Assembly: GCA_903847415.1 (NCBI GenBank)
Contig: CAINDR010000015.1
Coordinates: forward strand, 33,872 to 97,871
Direction: 5' to 3'
Source: Candidatus Falkowbacteria bacterium
GTDB lineage: Bacteria > Patescibacteriota > Patescibacteriia > Patescibacteriales > UBA12465
DNA length: 64,000 nucleotides
The first letter of the stretch is position 1. Each line of letters begins with the position of its first letter. The notes under the pieces were generated by a model. The model was not told the origin of the DNA, did no database searches, and saw only the letters and a program-made list of their open reading frames with translations. This document shows, piece by piece, positions 17,938 through 26,994 of the stretch. The position numbers were made by a program, and so were the translations under genes.

Positions 17938-19971
17938 ATGATTAAAAATAAAACTAAAAATTTAGTATATTTGTTTACCTTTACTGGAGCTTTATTTTGT
18001 TTAAAGTTTTTAGTCATTGATAAAGCCTTTCCGAACATTTCAAATGATGCACAAGTTTGGTTTACAAGCGGATTGCTATTGATTGTTCTTGGGGTATTTG
18101 TTACGGAGAAATTTTTCACTAAGCCGTTGGATGTAATAGTTAATATTATAACTTTAGCAGTGGTTTTATCCATGTTGGATCATAAAGATAAGTTTTTGTT
18201 ATTTTTCCCATTATCAGTTTATCTTGTAATTATTGCTCTTGTTGCTTTGGTTTCGTTCGTTTTGATTGATCAAGAAAAAGATAGAAATCATTTGTCACAA
18301 AGAATTGCGAATTCAGCAAATATTATTTCTGGTTTTTTGGGTAGCTCTAAAATGTTGTTTTCAATTGTTTTTATTTTATCAATTTTTAGCTATTTTATAG
18401 CCTCACTGGAAAATGACAGTCTAATTAATAAGGGGCAAATAGCTATAATGTTATTAATTATATTTTGGGGAGTAGCTATTTTAATGGAATCAATCGACAA
18501 AAAATTAATAACACCTTTGTTAAATAGAATTAAGAGTGAGGCAAAAATAAAAATGGTTGGGAAAGTGATTAAACGGTTAAGCCCGAATATTGTTTATGTT
18601 GAACAATCGCCATATTCGCCAGTATTAAAGTCGGGTGATCTCGTTTTTGTTGATGATATAAAAAATTCAAATGAAGGTAAGGAATTGCCCTGCATGATGT
18701 ATATATCGGAGCAAGAATCTGAAAATAAAAAATATTTACAATTTTATTGTTTCGATAATAACCATATTGACGTAAACAAACAGACCCATGTTTTTAAATC
18801 GTTTGTAGAAGCCCCCGCTAAAATATTGGAATCTGAAATATATGTTAACAGGGAAAATATAATTGGCTTTGTTTATTCAGATTCAGATATTGACGTAATA
18901 AAAGTAAAAATGATCGAGGGTGTTGATGAAAAAAAGGAACTAAAAGAGGGCGACTTAATCTCGGTAAATTTTTATAAAAACCATACAAAATATCAAATAA
19001 TTAATGTTGAAACAGAATTCGAAAATATTGACGGACAAAGCAAGAAAGGTGTTAAAATTATTACCGCTCAACAAATAGGATATTGGCAAGGAGAAAAACA
19101 AAAATTCGCTGATACGGGATGGGTGCCAAGTATAAATATGCCAGTTTTTATAGAAAATCAAACTGACGACATAGTAGATCTAGAAGGTAATTTCTTTCGT
19201 GTTGGTATTGTGCCAAGATCTAAGTATCCAATATACGTTGATTTGGATGAGTGTGTAACGCATCATATCGCGATAATTGGTAAAACTGGTACCGGAAAAT
19301 CTTACATGGCTTCAAGGGTAATCGAAAAAATGGCAATGAGCGGTTATAAAATAATAGTATTAGAAGTTGATCGTAACAATTCTCAGTCTTTATCAAAGTA
19401 TATTGATAGTAGTTTGATAGAGGAGCAGGGAGCGGATGCATTTAATCCATCAACTTCCACTAAAAACATAATTTCAATTGCATTGCAAATGGGTGAAGCT
19501 GTTAGGGGAGGCGGAACTGTTAATTTTAGTGATATGGCCGCAGAGCTAATTAACAAAGTGATTGCTTATCAAACTGGTAATCCTGATACGAAAATTTGTG
19601 TCGTTATGGAAGAAGCTTATGACTTCATTCCGGAAAATTCATTTGGCAAGCAAGAGTTTGGTCAGCCCAATGTGAGTCGTATTTCTCAGCAAGTTCTAAA
19701 GTGTAGAAAACATAATATCGGCTTTTTGATAATTACTCAAAGAACAGCATTGGTAACAAAAACAATTTTATATCAGTGCCATACTATTATTGCATTGCAA
19801 TCTTTTGATGAAACTTCAAAGAATTTCATGGGAGCTTATATTAATGGTAGATATTTAGACTCAATGAGTATTCTGCCTAAATTTCGTGCGATTGTGGTTG
19901 GCAAGGGTTCGACTTGTGATAAACCAGTAATAGTTGATTTTTTTGACAGTAAAGCTTCTAAAAATAATTAA
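17938..19971 (+). CDS. Membrane-anchored HerA/FtsK-family (DUF87-like) ATPase
   Basis: ~6 N-terminal hydrophobic helices; HIAIIGKTGTGKS Walker A, VVMEEAY Walker B, CRKHNIGFLIITQR HerA motifs. Confidence 0.8.
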   Translation: MIKNKTKNLVYLFTFTGALFCLKFLVIDKAFPNISNDAQVWFTSGLLLIVLGVFVTEKFFTKPLDVIVNIITLAVVLSMLDHKDKFLLFFPLSVYLVIIALVALVSFVLIDQEKDRNHLSQRIANSANIISGFLGSSKMLFSIVFILSIFSYFIASLENDSLINKGQIAIMLLIIFWGVAILMESIDKKLITPLLNRIKSEAKIKMVGKVIKRLSPNIVYVEQSPYSPVLKSGDLVFVDDIKNSNEGKELPCMMYISEQESENKKYLQFYCFDNNHIDVNKQTHVFKSFVEAPAKILESEIYVNRENIIGFVYSDSDIDVIKVKMIEGVDEKKELKEGDLISVNFYKNHTKYQIINVETEFENIDGQSKKGVKIITAQQIGYWQGEKQKFADTGWVPSINMPVFIENQTDDIVDLEGNFFRVGIVPRSKYPIYVDLDECVTHHIAIIGKTGTGKSYMASRVIEKMAMSGYKIIVLEVDRNNSQSLSKYIDSSLIEEQGADAFNPSTSTKNIISIALQMGEAVRGGGTVNFSDMAAELINKVIAYQTGNPDTKICVVMEEAYDFIPENSFGKQEFGQPNVSRISQQVLKCRKHNIGFLIITQRTALVTKTILYQCHTIIALQSFDETSKNFMGAYINGRYLDSMSILPKFRAIVVGKGSTCDKPVIVDFFDSKASKNN

Positions 19972-20006
19972 TAGCAATATTTCTAGGATATTGTTAAAGA
20001 AAATAT

Positions 20007-20921
20007 ATGGCATTATTCAAAAAAGATAACTCAAAGTTATCAGTTATTAACGAAAAACGAATAGATCTCGAGCGTGATATTCAAAGACTCACGGAAGAAA
20101 ATCTTGATTGCGTTTTTGGGCTTGAATTCGTTAGTACAGAGTTTGCTCTGCATAGTTTTAGAATTGATACTTTGGCATTTGATAAAGAGAGTGGTTCATT
20201 TGTAATTATTGAATATAAAAGAGATAGAAGCTTTAGTGTTATTGATCAGGGCTATGCGTATTTAGCACTCATGCTTAATAATAAATCTGACTTTATACTT
20301 GAGTACAATGAAAAAACCAATAATAATCTTAACAGGGCGGATGTTGATTGGACTCAATCTAAGGTTATTTTTATTGCCAATTCTTTTACTTCATATCAGA
20401 TGAATGCAATTAATTTTAAGGATTTGCCTATTGAATTGTGGGAAGTTAAATTTTTTGATAATGACGTAATTCTGTATAATCAGTTGCTATCTCAAGATTC
20501 AAGGGAATCAATAAAAACTATTACAAAAAATAATGATATAAATAGCGTTAGTAATGAGGTGAAAGTTTACACTCTTGAAGATCATCTTAATGTTCCTGAA
20601 AATACAAAGAATTTGTTTTTTGCTTTGAGGGAAAAAATTCTTGCTATTAATGACTCAATCGAGGAAAGACCTAAACAAAATTATGTCTCCTATAGACTGA
20701 GAAATGCTTTTGCTTACGTTCATAATCAACAGTCAAAAATTAAAATTCACTTAGAAATTCATAAAAATGAATTAAATGATCCACGTGGTATTGCTAGAGA
20801 TGTAACAAATGTTGGTCATCATGGTGGAGGTGAGACCGAGGTAATTTTAGATAGCGAAGAAAATTTAAATTATGTCTTTGATCTAATTGAACAGGCATAT
20901 CGTAAAATTTTAGGTAAGTAA
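20007..20921 (+). CDS. NucS/DUF91-like PD-(D/E)xK nuclease fused to DUF5655-like domain
   Basis: LERDIQ..RIDTLAFD..IIEYKR..QG..Y nuclease motifs; C-terminal DPRGIARDVTNVGHHGGGETE. Confidence 0.75.
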   Translation: MALFKKDNSKLSVINEKRIDLERDIQRLTEENLDCVFGLEFVSTEFALHSFRIDTLAFDKESGSFVIIEYKRDRSFSVIDQGYAYLALMLNNKSDFILEYNEKTNNNLNRADVDWTQSKVIFIANSFTSYQMNAINFKDLPIELWEVKFFDNDVILYNQLLSQDSRESIKTITKNNDINSVSNEVKVYTLEDHLNVPENTKNLFFALREKILAINDSIEERPKQNYVSYRLRNAFAYVHNQQSKIKIHLEIHKNELNDPRGIARDVTNVGHHGGGETEVILDSEENLNYVFDLIEQAYRKILGK

Positions 20922-21032
20922 ATTGTATGAAAAATTATTGCTTTTGTTGCTTTATTCTGATTTAGCAGGCGACATTTGCTTAAAATAGAATACGTGCTAG
21001 TTTAACTATTATTATTTTGTTATAATAAATTT

Positions 21033-21788
21033 ATGAAAGGCAATATTTATAAAAAAAATTATTTAAGTAAGGTAATTCTTAGAATTGATTTTATTAAATC
21101 AATAGAGTTGTCAAAGCTAAGATCATACGCTGATAGTATTTCATCAATATTTCCTTTGTCTAAGCAGATTGACGGCGAGGAAGGATATTTTGATCTTAAT
21201 TTGCAAACAAAGCAACTTAATCAGCATACTAATAAAATAGTTTCTTGGGTTTTTACTGACAAAAATAGTACCAAAAATTTACAGATAAGTCCGAGTTATT
21301 TATTTATCGAATACTTAAAATATAAAAATTCAACAGACCTCATTAATGATGTTGAAAAAGTTGTTAATGTCTTTATAAATTCATTCGGCGTTAAGACGAT
21401 TAAAAGGATTGGTTTGAGATATTTAAATGAGATAGAGTTGCACAATGAAAAAGATTATTTAAAATGGGATAAGTATATAGCTAATGATTTGTTGGGTGCT
21501 ATTTCCTTTGCAAATAATAGTGAATTCTCTGTGTCGAGATCTATGGGACAGTTGGTATTTAAAGACGGATTTAATATTATTAATTTTAATTTCGGAGTAT
21601 GGAATGACGACTACCCCAATGAGGTTAATAGGAAGAGTTTTGTATTAGATTACGACTGTTATTCAAATATACCTGTTGATTTGTCGGATACGAGTATAGT
21701 GGACGTTGTCAAAGAGTATAATAGTAAAATTGAAAAGATCTTTGAGTTAAGTATCTCTGATAGTTTTAGGGGATTGCTTAATAAGTAA
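21033..21788 (+). CDS. TIGR04255-like protein
   Basis: YKKNYLSKVILRIDF N-terminus, RIGLRYLNEI, FVLDYDCY motifs. Confidence 0.75.
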   Translation: MKGNIYKKNYLSKVILRIDFIKSIELSKLRSYADSISSIFPLSKQIDGEEGYFDLNLQTKQLNQHTNKIVSWVFTDKNSTKNLQISPSYLFIEYLKYKNSTDLINDVEKVVNVFINSFGVKTIKRIGLRYLNEIELHNEKDYLKWDKYIANDLLGAISFANNSEFSVSRSMGQLVFKDGFNIINFNFGVWNDDYPNEVNRKSFVLDYDCYSNIPVDLSDTSIVDVVKEYNSKIEKIFELSISDSFRGLLNK

Positions 21789-21794
21789 CCGTAT

Positions 21795-21974
21795 ATGAAA
21801 GCAGAAAATAAACAAGCTAAATATTCAGAAGTAGTTATTAATAAAAACATACATCACGATTCAACATCGGGTAGGTTTATAGATAGGCAGGACGTTGATT
21901 ATAATGTTTTTAAGAATGTATATCCTGATAGAAAAACGAGTTTTGGACAAAATTATGCTAACAAGTCAAATTAA
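21795..21974 (+). CDS. Small hydrophilic protein (59 aa; not in ORF track)
   Basis: ATG 21795 reads MKAENKQAKYSEVVINKNIHHDSTSGRFIDRQDVDYNVFKNVYPDRKTSFGQNYANKSN; fills the gap and overlaps the next gene. Confidence 0.55.
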   Translation: MKAENKQAKYSEVVINKNIHHDSTSGRFIDRQDVDYNVFKNVYPDRKTSFGQNYANKSN

Positions 21975-22527
21975 ATATCGGTATAAAAAAATCAACAAAA
22001 AGAGACTTTGCCAAGGTGACATATTAAGGGGCGTGGAGTTTAAAATTGGTGATTCGAATTATGGAGGGAAGTCTGATACTGTTGGTTTAAAATATGCGGT
22101 GGTGATGAGTCAAGATTGTGATATAAATTCAGATTTTTTGAATAAAGAAAAGAAGAAAAGTAATCCAGATGCAGATGATGATAAATTTTTACCAACAATC
22201 TTAGTTTGCCCTGCATATATTTCCGGTGAATTTTATATCGGAAGTCACATAAATGGTTGGTCGATGAAACCTTTTAGTAAGAAGGAAATCGAGAAGCTAA
22301 TGAAAAATGATGAGTATAAGCGTTATCACTATTTGCATCAAAATAATGATCTTGGAATACCAGAGTTAATAATTGACTTTAAACATTTTTTTACATTACC
22401 AGTTGGACTTCTTTATAAGTACAAAAAAACTTCATATATTTCTACTATTAGTGAAGTTTTCAGAGAGGAGCTTTCTCAACGATTTGCTGGCTATCTGTCT
22501 AGATTTGGATTGCCGGATCTAAAATAA
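21955..22527 (+). CDS. Hypothetical protein, possible PemK/MazF-like fold
   Basis: QGDIL..VVMSQDCDI..LVCP..RYHYL..IDFK..REELSQRFAGYLSRFGLP pattern; fold assignment is inference. Confidence 0.55.
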   Translation: MLTSQIKYRYKKINKKRLCQGDILRGVEFKIGDSNYGGKSDTVGLKYAVVMSQDCDINSDFLNKEKKKSNPDADDDKFLPTILVCPAYISGEFYIGSHINGWSMKPFSKKEIEKLMKNDEYKRYHYLHQNNDLGIPELIIDFKHFFTLPVGLLYKYKKTSYISTISEVFREELSQRFAGYLSRFGLPDLK

Positions 22528-22588
22528 TAATTTATCATTTCTTCATAAAAACTTTAGAATTATTTTATCAAAAATTTATCTAAATTTT

Positions 22589-22621
22589 AAAAGCGACCAG
22601 TTATGATAACTGGTCGCTTTT
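22589..22621. terminator. Bidirectional intrinsic terminator closing the defence cassette
   Basis: Perfect 15-bp inverted repeat AAAAGCGACCAGTTA-tga-TAACTGGTCGCTTTT. Confidence 0.8.
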
Positions 22622-22659
22622 GCTATGGAAAAAAGTAAATAATATGCTATATTAGTCGG

Positions 22660-22681
22660 TTAATGTCAAATCTGACATTAA
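22660..22681. promoter_or_regulatory. Palindromic operator-like site upstream of integrase operon
   Basis: TTAATGTCA-aatc-TGACATTAA perfect 9-bp inverted repeat. Confidence 0.5.
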
Positions 22682-22866
22682 TTTGACTTATTTTGGGGAA
22701 GCGGTAACATCTCCCCGAGTCAATTTTATTAATCGAAAAGACGGCTAATAATCCGCCTTTTCTCGCCCCATAAAGGAAAGCACTCCAATATAGGGTTGAT
22801 TTAATTATAGCACGGGCAATATTAATAATACATTAGTATTGTTTTATTGCTTGGCTAATAGGTGTT

Positions 22867-23082
22867 ATGAATAAAGCGAATCACAAAGCGTTAGGCCGTT
22901 ATGCCTACGGAGGAAAGATTTTTCTCGGAGAATGCCATGATTGTGGCAAAGAACATTATTTAACTGTGGAACAGGTTCAGGAAGTGATGAACAATAGTTA
23001 CATCAAGCCTAGACCAGCTTTGCGACAAAAAATCAAAGGTCAGGTCGCAATTTTTGAGAAAGCATTTAGCCTATTTGCCTAA
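22867..23082 (+). CDS. Small protein with CxxC..H motif upstream of integrase
   Basis: 71 aa, CHDCGKEH; AGGTG upstream of ATG. Confidence 0.55.
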   Translation: MNKANHKALGRYAYGGKIFLGECHDCGKEHYLTVEQVQEVMNNSYIKPRPALRQKIKGQVAIFEKAFSLFA

Positions 23083-23108
23083 GTCCGAGTTCCGGACTTT
23101 TTAATTTT

Positions 23109-24017
23109 ATGAAAATACACGAGGCAGGGCTAAAGTTTTTTGAGTGGTGTGAGATTGAACAAAATCATTCAAAAAAGACAGTTACCAATTATGAGCATCA
23201 CTTTCGTCATTTTAATGAATGGACGGGGGAGATTGATGTAAGGCAAATAAACGAGGACTTGATTTTAAAGTATAAAAAACATCTGTTAGATACTGATCAT
23301 GCCTATCAGAAGAATCGTAAGATAAAATTATCTACGGTTAGTGAAAAATTAAAGATGATCAGAATGTTTTTGACTTGTATGGAGAAGAAAAGTATCAAGG
23401 CTATGCCACCTTCATTTGTGCCGAAGGGGGTACGTGCTAGTGATCGGATTATCTTTTTCAACCAAGATGAGTTTAAAAGGATGATTGATACTATCGATAC
23501 CAGTAATAACGAGGGCAAGCGGAATCGGGCATTACTCGAGATATTGTTTGCTACTGGCATGAGACTTGAGGAGATGATTAAATTGAATAGAGATATTGAT
23601 ATAAATGGTGGGGAGATAATCGTGCAGGGTAAGTTTGATAAGATTAGGACGGTTTACTTGAACGAGCGGGCTATTTTTTGGGTTAATGAATACCTGAAGA
23701 CTAGGCACGACAATTATCCGGCGCTATTCACCTTTACTCGTAAGCGTAATGAGTGGACAGAGCTGAATAATGGTCGAATTGGCAAGCGGTCAGCACAGGA
23801 GGTGGTTAAGAAGTATGTTAAGCTGGCAGGGCTAAGAAGCGACATTTCTACGCATAGTTTTAGGCATTCTTTTGCCACTCACATGCTAAAGAATGGAGCC
23901 GATCTTAGGGCGGTTCAGATGTTTTTAGGTCATAGTGACCTTAGGAGCACGCAGGTTTATACTCATTATGTTAATCCGGAGCTGAAGCAGATACATAACA
24001 GGCTGATGAATTTTTAG
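23109..24017 (+). CDS. Tyrosine recombinase/integrase (XerC/D-like)
   Basis: ATGMRLEE (R), GKFDKIR (K), HSFRHSFATH (HxxR), LGH, TQVYTH (Y). Confidence 0.93.
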   Translation: MKIHEAGLKFFEWCEIEQNHSKKTVTNYEHHFRHFNEWTGEIDVRQINEDLILKYKKHLLDTDHAYQKNRKIKLSTVSEKLKMIRMFLTCMEKKSIKAMPPSFVPKGVRASDRIIFFNQDEFKRMIDTIDTSNNEGKRNRALLEILFATGMRLEEMIKLNRDIDINGGEIIVQGKFDKIRTVYLNERAIFWVNEYLKTRHDNYPALFTFTRKRNEWTELNNGRIGKRSAQEVVKKYVKLAGLRSDISTHSFRHSFATHMLKNGADLRAVQMFLGHSDLRSTQVYTHYVNPELKQIHNRLMNF

Positions 24018-24020
24018 CCA

Positions 24021-24067
24021 ATACCGGTGGGGGTAGGACTTGCCAACCCCCACCGGTATGTTATAAT
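24021..24067 (+). promoter_or_regulatory. GC-rich hairpin overlapping an outward-facing sigma70 promoter
   Basis: ATACCGGTGGGGG/CCCCCACCGGTAT inverted repeat (24021-33/24047-59); TTGCCA (24040-45) and TGnTATAAT (24059-67). Confidence 0.55.
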
Positions 24068-24198
24068 AAGTCTATAAATTGAAAATCCGAGTCGAGATTA
24101 TAGCGGATTTTTAACTCTCAGGAACACTAGCTGAACATCCAGCATTTATTCGGAAGAGGATGAATTAGTATTATTGAAAATAATTTTATTTTTATAGC

Positions 24199-24231
24199 AA
24201 AAACGAAGTACTAAGTGCTTCGTTTTTTTTT
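24199..24231 (+). terminator. Rho-independent terminator
   Basis: AAAAACGAAGTAC-taa-GTGCTTCGTTTTT plus long T-tract. Confidence 0.75.
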
Positions 24232-24277
24232 ATTTTAATTTACGTGGTGATCAATAATTATATTTTTGTTTTTTTAC

Positions 24278-24286
24278 TTATCCACA
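24278..24286 (+). promoter_or_regulatory. DnaA box upstream of nrd operon
   Basis: Exact consensus TTATCCACA. Confidence 0.5.
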
Positions 24287-24385
24287 GTTTTTTTTCTTCG
24301 CTGTCAATGGCTTATTATTCTTGCTTATATTCGTAAGTTTTTCCCTCTTTTCCTGTTTGGAAAATTCTGCTAAAATACTAATTGA

Positions 24386-24433
24386 GCACAACATTTAGTG
24401 GTAAGAGTAAAAAAACGCCACAAAATGTTGAAT
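24386..24433 (+). promoter_or_regulatory. Tandem NrdR boxes
   Basis: GCACAACATTTAGTGG (24386-401) and CCACAAAATGTTGAAT (24418-33), starts 32 bp apart, matching the acaCwAtATaTwGtg consensus. Confidence 0.8.
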
Positions 24434-24446
24434 TTATCAATATTTT

Positions 24447-24905
24447 ATGAAATGCCCAATTTGTTATTTTGATGACACAAAAGTTGTTGATTCGCGAGTG
24501 GCAACTGACGGTCTTTCAATCCGTCGTCGTCGTGAATGTTTGAAGTGTAATTTTCGTTTTTCAACATATGAAGAAGTGGAATTATTAGATTTAGCAATAG
24601 TGAAAAGGGACGGTCGTCGGGAGTCTTATAGTCGAGAAAAACTAATTAGTGGTTTAAAAAAATCTTTTGAGAAAAGACCGATCACTGAAGATAATTTTAA
24701 AAAACTAGTTCATTCAGTCGAAAGGGAATTGCAACGTCTCAAGAAAAGTGAAATCACTTCCCGTCAAATTGGTGCAATTGTGATGAAACAATTAAAAAAA
24801 GTAGATCAGGTCGCCTATATCCGTTATGCTTCAGTTTACGAATCTTTCAAGGATGCCCAAGAATTCAGGAAAGAGTTGAACAAATTAATCAAAGAAAAAA
24901 AATAA
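24447..24905 (+). CDS. nrdR: Transcriptional repressor NrdR
   Basis: MKCPIC..TKVVDSR..IRRRRECLKC..RFSTYE, ATP-cone, DQVAYIRYASVY. Confidence 0.98.
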   Translation: MKCPICYFDDTKVVDSRVATDGLSIRRRRECLKCNFRFSTYEEVELLDLAIVKRDGRRESYSREKLISGLKKSFEKRPITEDNFKKLVHSVERELQRLKKSEITSRQIGAIVMKQLKKVDQVAYIRYASVYESFKDAQEFRKELNKLIKEKK

Positions 24906-24921
24906 TTTAATTAAAATTCTT

Positions 24922-26994
24922 ATGTCTGAAGCGATTACCAAAATCAGGAAGAGATCTGGCGACATTGCCTCTTTCTCCGAAGAAAAAATTCTCAAGGCAA
25001 TTGCCAATGCTGCGAAGGCAGTTGGTGAATACAATGAAAATGAAGCCAAGGATTTGTTAGTGGAAGTGATTAATAAAATTAACAAAAAATTTCATCCAAA
25101 CAGCATTCCAGCTGTCGAGGAGATTCAGGATGTCGTTGAAGAAGCTTTGATTGATAATAAAAAAATAAAAATCGCCAAAGCCTATATTCTTTATCGCGAA
25201 CAACATCGACAAGTTCGTGACATTAGTCAGGCGACCGTCGAAGAAAAATTAATGGAAGACTATCTTGGTCGCTCAGATTGGCGCTTAAAGGAAAATAGCA
25301 ACATGAGTTTTTCGGTTCAAGGATTGAATAATTATTTGGCTTCTGCTATTTCTGCAAAATATTGGCTCAATAAACTTTACCCAGAAAATATTCGCCTTGC
25401 TCATGTGAATGGCGATATGCATATTCATGATCTTGGTTTACTTGCTCCTTATTGCTGCGGCTGGGATTTAAAAGATTTGTTGCTGCGTGGTTTTGGTGGT
25501 GTTAAGGAAAAAATTCAAAGTAAACCAGCAAAACATTTTCGTAGTGCTTTGGGTCAGATTGTTAATTTTTTCTACACCTTACAAGGCGAAGCAGCTGGGG
25601 CGCAGGCTTTTGCTAACTTCGATACTTACTTAGCTCCATTTATTCGTTATGATGGATTAAATTATCAAGAAGTCAAACAGGGTTTACAGGAGTTTATGTT
25701 TAATGTGAATGTACCAACTCGAGTTGGTTTTCAAACTCCGTTCACTAACGTTACTCTTGATGTCACTCCTTCCAAAATGATTGGTGAAGAAAATGTGGTA
25801 ATTGGTGGAAAAATAATGCCAGAAAAGTACAAAGATTTTCAAGTTGAAATGGATATGTTCAACCAAGCTTTCGCTGAAGTGATGATTGCTGGTGATTCCA
25901 CTGGTCGCGTGTTTGGCTTTCCAATTCCAACTTATACTGTTGATAAAGAATTTGACTGGGATCGAGAATGTTTGAAGCCAGTCTGGGAGATGACTTCAAA
26001 ATACGGTGTTCCTTATTTTTCAAATTTTGTAAATTCAGACATGAATCGGGATGATGCTCGTTCAATGTGTTGCCGTTTGCGACTCGACAATCGCGAACTT
26101 CGAAAGCGTGGCGGTGGATTGTTTGGCGCCAATCCCTTAACTGGATCTTTGGGGGTTGTGACTATTAATTTAGCTCGCTTAGGATATTTAGCAAAAGACA
26201 AGGAAGATTTCAAAAATCAATTAGTTCGTTTAATGGATATTGCGAAAGAGAGTTTAGCAATCAAAAGAAAGGTGATTGAAAAGTTTACTCTGGATGGCTT
26301 GTATCCATATTCAATGTTTTATCTCAAAGACATTCATGCTCGCTTTGGAACCTATTGGCAAAATCATTTCAACACCATCGGCATTAATGGTATGAACGAG
26401 GCCTCTCTGAATTTACTAGGAAAAGATATCGCAAGTGATGAAGGTCATCAATTCGCTGGGGAAGTTCTTGATTTTATGAGAGAAAAATTAATGGATTATC
26501 AGACCGAAACCAATGATCTCTTTAACCTAGAAGCTACACCAGGAGAAGGTTGCACTTATCGTTTTGCGAAGAAAGATTTAGAGCTTTACCCTGATATCAT
26601 TTTTGCTAATAACGATGCGGTAAAAAATGAAGGTTCCGATCCTTACTACACAAATTCATCGCATATTCCAGTTAGTCATACTGATGATATTTTTTCAGCT
26701 CTTGATCTGCAGGATGACTTGCAAATCAAATACACTGGCGGTACAGTTTTGCATGGATTTTTAGGAGAAAGAATTAAAGATTCAGAGACCACCAAAAAAT
26801 TAGTACAAAAAATTGTAAATAACTATCGTTTGCCATATTTTACCATCACCCCAACTTTTTCAATTTGTCCTAAACATGGTTATTTGGCTGGTGAACACAA
26901 ATTTTGCCCAAAATGTGATGAAGAAATTGGTTTTGTTGGCACTACTGATGACGAGAGGAATGATGCTGGCGCGAACAACCCAACTTGTTGCTAA
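24922..26994 (+). CDS. nrdD: Anaerobic (class III) ribonucleoside-triphosphate reductase, large part lacking the glycyl-radical loop
   Basis: N-terminal ATP cone, HIHDL, PYCCGW, RSMCCRL, NLEATPGEG, YTGGTVLH, CPKHGY..CPKC. Confidence 0.95.
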   Translation: MSEAITKIRKRSGDIASFSEEKILKAIANAAKAVGEYNENEAKDLLVEVINKINKKFHPNSIPAVEEIQDVVEEALIDNKKIKIAKAYILYREQHRQVRDISQATVEEKLMEDYLGRSDWRLKENSNMSFSVQGLNNYLASAISAKYWLNKLYPENIRLAHVNGDMHIHDLGLLAPYCCGWDLKDLLLRGFGGVKEKIQSKPAKHFRSALGQIVNFFYTLQGEAAGAQAFANFDTYLAPFIRYDGLNYQEVKQGLQEFMFNVNVPTRVGFQTPFTNVTLDVTPSKMIGEENVVIGGKIMPEKYKDFQVEMDMFNQAFAEVMIAGDSTGRVFGFPIPTYTVDKEFDWDRECLKPVWEMTSKYGVPYFSNFVNSDMNRDDARSMCCRLRLDNRELRKRGGGLFGANPLTGSLGVVTINLARLGYLAKDKEDFKNQLVRLMDIAKESLAIKRKVIEKFTLDGLYPYSMFYLKDIHARFGTYWQNHFNTIGINGMNEASLNLLGKDIASDEGHQFAGEVLDFMREKLMDYQTETNDLFNLEATPGEGCTYRFAKKDLELYPDIIFANNDAVKNEGSDPYYTNSSHIPVSHTDDIFSALDLQDDLQIKYTGGTVLHGFLGERIKDSETTKKLVQKIVNNYRLPYFTITPTFSICPKHGYLAGEHKFCPKCDEEIGFVGTTDDERNDAGANNPTCC

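Larger units (their letters stand above)
1..24060 (+). mobile_element. Prophage (siphovirus-like, HK97 capsid), right part; left end outside window
   Basis: Co-oriented capsid-connector-tail-tape measure-lysis genes in canonical order, accessory cargo, then a tyrosine integrase next to host nrdR; att site not identified, so right boundary is approximate. Confidence 0.85.

Noticed and set aside
23109-24017. Host XerC/XerD
   Set aside because: Position at the end of prophage cargo behind a small phage-like ORF favours a phage integrase, though a host Xer cannot be fully excluded
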